From NCBI RefSeq assembly GCF_009914755.1, contig NC_060938.1: a stretch of 64,000 nt of DNA; one strand, written 5' to 3'. The notes under the pieces are model-generated. The model had not been told where the DNA came from, did no database searches, and saw only the letters and a list, made by a program, of their open reading frames with translations. Within the stretch, counting starts at the first letter, position 1; each line of letters starts with the position of its first letter. Source of the DNA: the human T2T-CHM13v2.0 reference genome, Homo sapiens. The translations under genes were made by a program, and so were the position numbers. Positions 56,152 through 64,000 of the stretch are shown here, piece by piece.

Positions 56152-57569
56152 CCTGGCATGTAGTAAGTACTCAATCAGTATTTGTTTAATGAATGGAAGG
56201 TAGAACTACTGTAGGAATAGGAGTACCTCAAAGCCTGAGATAAATAGAAAAAGGCTGTAAGAAGAAGGAAAGCAGATAGAAAAACAAGATATTCAAAAGA
56301 AGCCTTGATGACGTAATTAAAAATGGAAAAAGTACAAATAGAAACATGTAATACAAAACAAATGGCTATTAATATCGATGACCAGAGGTCTAGGCCTGAG
56401 AAAAGAAAAACTAATGGCTATTGCTTTGGTATAACAACAAATCTGAATATAAAGAGGAACATGTGAAACCTAGTAAGCTAGTCTTCATCTTGGTCCAGTG
56501 GAGAAGTAAGCTCCACTGGCCCAGGAAGTCAAGAAGACCTGAAAGATCCACAAATGTGAATTTAACTGTAGATAATAAAAAATAAAATGTTTGAAATTGC
56601 ATATGCCCTCACTTCTCTCTGGAAGAAAAATATGAAAGTGATATTAACTTCACCTCTAGTAAGCTGCTGAAATTTTAGAGAAGCTTCAAAACATAGCAGA
56701 AGCACAACCTCTAAAAAGTACCTCTTTACATACTATTAGGATGATATGTTATTTGGAATAAACATAGAAAAAAATCTGCAAATCCAAAACATAAATAGGA
56801 TATACAAGGAAAGAGATACAGAGCCACATGAAATGTAAAAAGCAATCTTTTCTGTTCACATGACAATATAGCTGAAATTGAGTCTTCAAAAACTTAGAAA
56901 TTAGTTGTATGGCAGTGAAAAAAAGTGTTAGCTATGACAGGAAGTAGCTAAAACTTGCTTGAAGGGAGTAACAAGATGCCAGAACCTAGAAACACGTATT
57001 AAAAATATGTACAAAAAAGGTGTCGAGGAAGAGGTAAATTCAAAAGCTTACAACATTGCAAGATTCCATTTAAATGAGTGGCTGACAAGAAAAAAGATAA
57101 AAGTAAAATTCTCGTGGACTTCAAGCAATATGAAAAAACTAAAGTTGGTTTTAAGGAATTTTTCAATAGTCTTTCTGAAGAGTTGGTGCTCCCAACCAGA
57201 GCTCATGATCTATGACTCCACAGTTACATAAAAGTTTACTGTTAAATCAAGGACAGCAGTATGATTATAAAGAGATCAAAGGGGGAAATGTATTAAGAAT
57301 AGTATCTTCAAAAACAAACAAATAAACCTTAGAAAAATGATATTTACCTGCCAGACTCAAGATGAGGGAAAATAATAAAGCCATCTATGCTGACTGAAGG
57401 TTCCTTAACTCAATCACTTGGTGCAGAGATCCTGGTTATCCTGGTTAGCCACAAGATTGGAGAATGAATTGTGAACAAAAGATAAGGAAGGCATTGCCAA
57501 AGGTAGTGCAGTACTGAAAATTCTAATCTCTTTCTTCCAAGTAAGACATTTAAAGTTATTCTGACCCAA

Positions 57570-57675
57570 ATAATAATAATGGCTAACATTTTTGGAGGGC
57601 ATACTGTCTACCAGACACTGTCTTAAGGATATTACATAAAGCATTTTATCTAACTCTTATAATGACATTATGTTA
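57570..57675 (-). mobile_element. MIR 3' fragment
   Basis: aataataataatggctaacattt...ccagacactgt. Confidence 0.7.
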
Positions 57676-59095
57676 GTCTCAATAGGATCCTTCAGAAAAA
57701 CAACAAAATGACAACAGGAATAATTGCATAAAAATGCACCAGAAATCTCAAGTGGCTGTAATAATGTCTAACATGACAGACAGGCTGTAAAAACACACAA
57801 GGACAGTCATTTGGGAATGTGTTGCATATACCTGGGGCATAGCTTAGACAGACAAGAAAAATAATTCAGCCTACTAGAAAAGATGGGAATTCTATAACTG
57901 GAGATACAAATGATAGTTTTTTTCAAGGTAAGTATAATATTTTTTTAAAAAGGAAAATAAAAGAAATACTAACAAACATTCGTGATCCGTGTTGTATTTA
58001 CATTGACTACTAGATATTCCATAGTATACGATTCTGCTCTGAAGGAAGTATCAAAAATTAAGGTAAAGCTAAGCATACTAAAGCATGCTTTTTCTCTTCT
58101 TTGGATATTTGTATAAACATTAACAAGAAATATAACCTATTTTGTGTATGCTTGTTCTGGAATAAAGGATCATTCTAATCAGGACTTTGGTCTAATGAAG
58201 CAACTCTTTGCTGCAAGAGCTGGCAAAACTGAAATGCAACATTACTTCCCAATGATACACAGGAAAATAATACACAGGGTAACACAGGCTTTCAAACTGT
58301 GCTAAAAAGGGTACAGAATGTAACCAGGTAGAGACTGGAGGAACATACCTCTGAACACTTGGTAATATGTTGAAAAGACAGTTGTTAAGACCACGATTTA
58401 AAAAAAAATTGTATGTATTAAGAAAAGCACAAGGGAGGAGGAAGTGGAGCAAGATTGCTGAATAGAATCCTCCAGTGATTGTCCCTTACTGCATGAACAC
58501 CAAACTTAACAACTATCCACACAAGAAAGCACCCTCATATGAATAAAAAAAAATCAGGTGAGTAATTACAGTACCTGGTTTTAACATTATATCAGGAAAA
58601 AACGGCACTGAAGAGGGTCTTGTATTGCCTACACCACTCCTCCCATATCCGCTGGCATCACAGCATGACATGGAGAGAGAATCTGTGTGCTTGGGGGAGG
58701 GAGTGAAGAGACTGTGAGACTTTACATTGCAACTCAGTACTGCCCTGTCCCAGCGGAAAGCAACACAGGGCAGGATTCCACCAGTTCCCATGGAGAGAGC
58801 ATTTAGACAAATCCTAGCTGGAGGGGAATTATCCATCCCAGAGGTCAGAACCTGAGTTCCCACTAGCCCCACCACCATGGGCTAAAGTGCTCTGGGGTTC
58901 TAAACAAATTGGAAAGACAATCTAGGCAAAAAGGACTGCAATTCCTGGGCAAGTCCTGGTGCTGTGCTGAGCTTAGAGCCGGTGAACTTGGGATGCAGGT
59001 GACCCAGTGACACACCAGCTGGGGCAGCCACAGGAGTGCTTGCATCACCCCTGCACCAACTCCAGGTAACTCAGCTTGCAGTTCCAGGAGGAGAT

Positions 59096-60050
59096 GGAAG
59101 AGTAAAGACTTTGTCTTGCAACTTGGATACCAATTCAGCCACAATAAAATAAAAGCACCAAGTAGAGTCCTGAAGACCCCATGCTAAGCCATAGCTCCAG
59201 GATGACATTTCTAGACCAAGCCTGGGCCAGAAGAGAACCAACTGCCCTGACGGAAGGACTCAGTCCTGGCAGAGTTCATCACCTGCTGACTAAGAATTCA
59301 CTACCTGCTGACTAAAAAGCCTTTGGGTCTTGAATAAACATCAGTGGTAGCCAGGCAACAGTCACCATGGGCCTTGGGCAAGACCTAAAACCTGGCTGGC
59401 TCTATGTATGACCCAGCATTTTTCCAGCTGTGGTGGCTGTAACCCCTTCTGCTTAGGGAAAAGAGAGGGAAGAATTAAAAAGACTTTGTCTTGCAGTTTG
59501 GGTACCAGCTCAGCCAAAGTAAAATAAAGCACCAAGCAGACACCCAAAGTTTCCAGTTCTAGGCCTTGGCTCCTGGAGGGCATTTCTAGACCCACCTTGG
59601 GCCAGAAGGGTATGTGTTATCCTTGTGGGAAAGACCCAGGTCGGGCAAGACTCACCACCTTCCGACTAAAGAACCCTTGTGCCTTGAATAAACATCAGTG
59701 ATAACCAGGCGATACTCACCACAGACCTGGGGTGGTGGTGGCCATGGAGAAAGACTCCTGCTTGAGAGAAGTATAGGGAAAAGTAAAGAGGACTCTTGCA
59801 ACATGGATACCAGTTCCACCCTAGCAAAATAAAGCACTAAGCAGATTTCTAAAGCCCCCAGTCACTGGCCATAGCTCCTGAATAGCATTTCCAAACTCAC
59901 TTTGGGCCAGAAGGAAACCTGCTGCACTGAAGGAAAAGACGAACTTTTGGCTGAATTAATCACCTGTTGATTAAAGAGCCCTTGGGCCTTGAATAAACAT
60001 CAGTGGTAGCCAGAAAATAGTCACCGCAGGCCTTGGGTGATACTCAGTAC
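59096..60050 (+). repeat. Three diverged ~300-350-bp tandem units inside the L1 5'UTR
   Basis: tgaataaacatcagtg at 59331, 59685 and 59990; tgggccagaag and aaaataaa(a)gcac recur in each unit. Confidence 0.9.
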
Positions 60051-62526
60051 TGTGCTGGACTCAGGTGTGACCCAGCACAGTCCTGGTGTTGGTGGCCACA
60101 AGGGTGCTTGTTTCACAGCTCCCCCAGATGCAGGCAGCTCAGCATGGAGAGAAAGACTCCATTCGCTTGTGAAAAAGTAAGGGAAGAGAATAAGAGATTC
60201 TGCCACATAATCTAGGGAATTCTCATGGATCTTACCTAAGACAACCAAGGCACTACCTCTATGAGTCTCCAAGAGTCACAGTGTTACTGGGCTTGGGGTG
60301 CCCCCTAATGCGCTTATGGCAATTCCCTTTGAATAGTTGGAAAGTCTTCTCAAGAAAGATGGGTACAAACAACCCCAGACTTTCAAGACTACAATAAACA
60401 TCTAACTCTTCAGTGCCCAGACACCACTGAACATCCAAAAGCATCAAGACCATTTAGGAAAATATGACATCACCAAACATACTAAATAAGGCAACCCTGA
60501 CCAATCCCAAAGTGACAGAGATATGTGACCTTTCAGAAAATTCAGAATGGCTGTTTTGAGGATGCTCAATGAAATCCAAGATAACACAGGGAAGGTATTG
60601 TCCTATCAGATAAACTTCACAAAGAGATTGCAATAATTAACCAGAATCAAGCAGAAATTTAGAAGCTGAAAAATTCATCTGACAAACTAAAGAATACATT
60701 GAGTCACTCAACAGCAGAATTGATCAAGCAAAAGGAAGAATTAGTGAGTTTGAAGACAGGCTATTTGAATAATATACAGTCAGAGGAGCCAACAGAAAAA
60801 GAAAAAAAATATAATGAAGCATGCCTTCAGGCTGTAGAAAATAGCCTCATAGAGGCAAATATGAGTTACTTGCATTAAAGAGGCAGCAGAGAGAGAGAGA
60901 TCAGGGTAGAAAGTTAATACAAAGAGATAATAATAGAGAACTTTTCAAACCTAGAGAAAGATATCAATATTGAAGTATAAGAAGTTTATGGAATACCAAA
61001 AAGATTTAACACAAATAAGACCACCTCAAGACACTTAATAATCAAATTCCCAAAGGCTAAGAATAAAGAAAGGATCCTAAAAGCAGCAGGAGAAAATTAA
61101 AAAATAAAAAAAAACATATAAAGGACCTCCAATATGTCTGGCAGCAGATTTCTCAATGGAAACCTTACAGGCCATGAGAGAAGTGCATGATGTATTTAAA
61201 GTGCTGAAGGAAAAAAACTTTTATCATAAAATAATATATCCATTGAAGATATGCTTCAAACATGAAGGAAAAATAAAGGCTTTCCCAGACAAAAGCTGAG
61301 GAATTTTGTCAACACCAGATCTGACCTCAAGAAATGCTAAAGTGAACTATTCAATCTGAAAGCAAAGAACATTAATGAGGACTAAGAAATAATCTGAAAG
61401 TACAAAATTTACTGGTAATACTAAGTACACAGACAAATACAGAATATGATAACACTTTAATTATAATATATAAATTACTTATATCTTGAATAGGAAGTCT
61501 AAAAGACAAACCTATCAAAAAATGATAGCTACAACAAATTATAAAGACATATTCAGTATAATAAGATATAAACATAAACAACAAAAAGTTAAAAACTGGG
61601 GAGGATGAAGTTAAACTGTAGAGCTTTCATTAGTTTTCTTTTTGCTTGCTTGTTTGTTTTGCAATTAGAGTTGTCATCCATTTAAAATAATGGGTTATAA
61701 GATGTTATTTGCAAGCCTCATGGTAACCTCAAATCGAAAAGCCTGCAAAAAAAAAATTAAAAAGCAAGAAATTAAAACATACCACCAAAAGAAAGAGCTT
61801 TCATTAAAAAAAAGACAGAAAGAAGGAAGAAGGAAGAAAAGACAACAGAACAACAAGAAAACAAATAACAAAATGATGGGAGTCAGTCCTTACTGACCAA
61901 TAATAACATAGAATATAAATGATCTAAACTCTCCAAGCAAAAACATAGAGTGGCTAAATGGATAAAGAAACAAGACCCAATGAACTATTGCCTACAAGAA
62001 ACACACTTCATATATAAAGACACATATAGATTGAAAATAAAAGGATGAAAAAAGATATTCCATTCAAATGGAAGCCAAAAAGAGCAGGAGTCACTATACT
62101 TACACCAAACAAAACAGACTTCGAGACAGAAACTGTAACAAGAGACAAGGAAGGTCATTATATAATGGTAACGGGGTGAATTCAGCAAGAGGATGTAACA
62201 ATCCCAACACTGGAACACCCAGATGCATAAAGTAAATATTATTAGAGCTAAAGAAAGAGGTAGACCTCAATACAATAATAGGTGGATACTTCAGCACCTT
62301 GCTTTCAGCATTGGACAGGTTATCCAGACAGAAAGATCAACAAAGAACATTGGACCTAATCTGCAATATTGACCAAATGCATCTAGTAGATATTTACAGA
62401 ACATTTCATCCAATGGCTGCAGAACACAGATTCTTCTACTTAACACATGAATCATTCTCAAGGATAGAGCATGTGTTAGGCCACAAAACAAGTCTTATAA
62501 CATTTTTTAAAAATTGAAAATATCAA

Positions 62527-62958
62527 TAATATAGTTTAGATATTTGTCATTGCCCAAATCTCATGTTGAATTGTAATTCCTAATGTTGGAGGTGGGGCCT
62601 GATGGGAGGTGTTTGGATCATGGGGGCAGATCCCTCATGAATGGCTTGGGCCACCCCCTTGGTGATAAGTGAACTCTTATTCTAAGTTCACATGAGATCT
62701 GGTTGTTTTAAAATGTATGGCACTTTCCCACCCACTCTCTCTCTCTCTTGCTTCCGCTTTTGCCATATGATGGACCTGCTCCCCCTCTGCCTTCTGCCAT
62801 GATTATAAGCATCCTAAGGTCCCCACCAGAAACTGAGCAGATGCTGGTGCCATGCTTCCTGTATAGCCTGCAGAATCATGGGCTAATTAAACCTCTTTTC
62901 TTATAAATTACCCAGTCTTGGGTATTTCTTTATAGCAATGCAAGAATGGCCTAATACA
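62527..62958 (+). mobile_element. MSTB-like MaLR solo LTR inserted in L1 ORF2
   Basis: cccaaatctcatgttgaattgtaat...gagcagatgctggtgccatgcttcctgta...ggcctaataca; perfect TSD atcaa. Confidence 0.95.
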
Positions 62959-63269
62959 ATCAAGTATATTTTCTGACCGCAATAGAACAAAAGTAGAAAT
63001 CAGTAACAAAAGGAACTTTGGAAACAATATGAACACATGGAAATAAAACAATATACTCCAGAATGACCAGTGAGTCAATGAAGAAATTAAGAGGGAAATT
63101 TAAAAATTACTTGAAACAAATAAAAATAGAAACACAACATACCAAAACTCATGGAATACAGTAAAAGTAGTACTAAGAGGAAAGTTTGTAGCAATAAGTG
63201 CCTCCATCAAGAAAGCAATAAAAATTCAAATAAACAACTTAACAATCATGTTAAATAACTTTAAGTAAA

Positions 63270-63626
63270 GATTCAGAGCCAAGATGGCTGACTAGACACA
63301 GCCAGAAAGAATATCTCCCACTGAGAGACCAGGACATTGGGAAGATTGACATATTCTAAACATATTTTTGGAGGGAAGGCATAGAGAGTGGACAGAGAGA
63401 GGACACAGACCCTAGACTGAAGGGGGGAGGAAGCTGGAAACCCTGCACCCAGCTGCCAAGCACTGAGATTTATTCCTGGTTCCCAACAGCTCCTGGGTGA
63501 AGGGGTGAGTTAAGCAGGTAAGAAGTGGCCCACTTATGTCACAGTCCTCCAGAATCCTAGCTACAGGAAACCCCTCACCCCTCACGGACACTTGAGCTGG
63601 CAAGCAGAGCTGCTTGAAGAGGGCAT
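63270..63626 (+). mobile_element. 5' end of a second L1 of a different family (older L1PA/L1P4-like 5'UTR)
   Basis: gccaagatggctgactagacacagc with an intact YY1 motif; sequence unrelated to the 5'UTR at 58432. Confidence 0.75.
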
Positions 63627-64000
63627 ACCTCAATCAGAAAGAAAAGCACATTAGTGAGCAATAATAAATCATCTGAAGGTACAAAACTCACTGGTAATAG
63701 CAAGCACACAGAAAAGCACAGAATATTATACCACTGGAATAGTAGTGTGTAAATTACTCTTATCTTAAATAGAAAGACAAAACAATGAACCAATAAAAAA
63801 TAATAACTATAACTTTTCAAGGTACAGACAACACAAAAAGACAAGGTGAAACAACAAAAAGGTTTAAAGCAGGGTGAAAAGGTGAGAGTTGTTATTGGTT
63901 TTCTTTTTCCTTGTTTGTTTGTTTAGGCAATCAGTGTTAAGTTGTCATCAGTTTAAAATAATAGGTTATGAGATGATATTTGCAAGCCTCATGGTAACCT
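63627..64000 (+). mobile_element. Second copy of the L1M ORF1-end/inter-ORF region
   Basis: Homologous to 61348-61729 (tcaatc.gaaag...tatttgcaagcctcatggtaacct); runs off the end of the window. Confidence 0.9.

Larger units (their letters stand above)
55125..56198 (+). mobile_element. L2a 3' region, split by MADE1 and THE1D
   Basis: ttctcagagaggcctt; catgagagtagagaccctgtctactttgttcac...acagtgtctgg | cctggcatgtagtaagtactcaat...aatgaatg. Confidence 0.88.
58432..63262 (+). mobile_element. Old L1 (L1M1/L1MA-like): 5'UTR, degenerate ORF1 (about 60460-61350), inter-ORF region and ORF2 endonuclease start (about 61873), inactive
   Basis: ggagcaagattgctgaataga 5' end; ORF1 motifs aggatcctaaaagcagc and gcagatttctca; EN motifs WIKKQDP...CLQETHF, IIGGYFST and FSDRN; many stops. 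Confidence 0.93.

Noticed and set aside
56900-57960. Possible CR1/L3 LINE remnant
   Set aside because: Only a faint resemblance near 57425-57470; cannot be supported without a profile search
58432-63262. Potentially active full-length L1
   Set aside because: Old subfamily, mutated YY1 site, ORF1 and ORF2 disrupted, interrupted by MSTB and truncated after the endonuclease region

Overview
AT-rich, CpG-poor primate genomic DNA. AluY indicates a catarrhine, most likely human. The window is intergenic or deep intronic. I see no CpG island, no credible protein-coding exon and no tRNA or rRNA; the ORF track consists of Alu/LTR/L1 read-throughs and chance ORFs. Roughly half the window is interspersed repeat: 13 Alus plus a FLAM, many MIR and L2 fragments, and several DNA transposons (MER5, MER85, ORSL-like, MER113 with nested MER47, MER58 with nested MER44, MER3, half a MADE1). 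It also holds MaLR LTRs, a cluster of about eight LTRs of different families at 22.0-29.2 kb (including a complete HERV-W/LTR17 solo LTR with a CCCT TSD), an ERV-L gag-protease remnant at 38.4-39.7 kb, and an old L1M 5'UTR-ORF1-endonuclease block at 58.4-64 kb. Family names come from my recall of Repbase/Dfam consensus sequences and need confirming with RepeatMasker. I cannot support a new biological system with confidence. The best unexplained structures are: (i) a ~150-bp-arm inverted repeat in apparently unique DNA (15936-16617); (ii) a 90-nt pre-miRNA-like hairpin made by local inverted rearrangement inside the ERV-L remnant (39145-39234); (iii) a recurring set of template-switch-like inversions and duplications across the window; and (iv) a MER85 carrying an intact CSB-PGBD3 binding palindrome.
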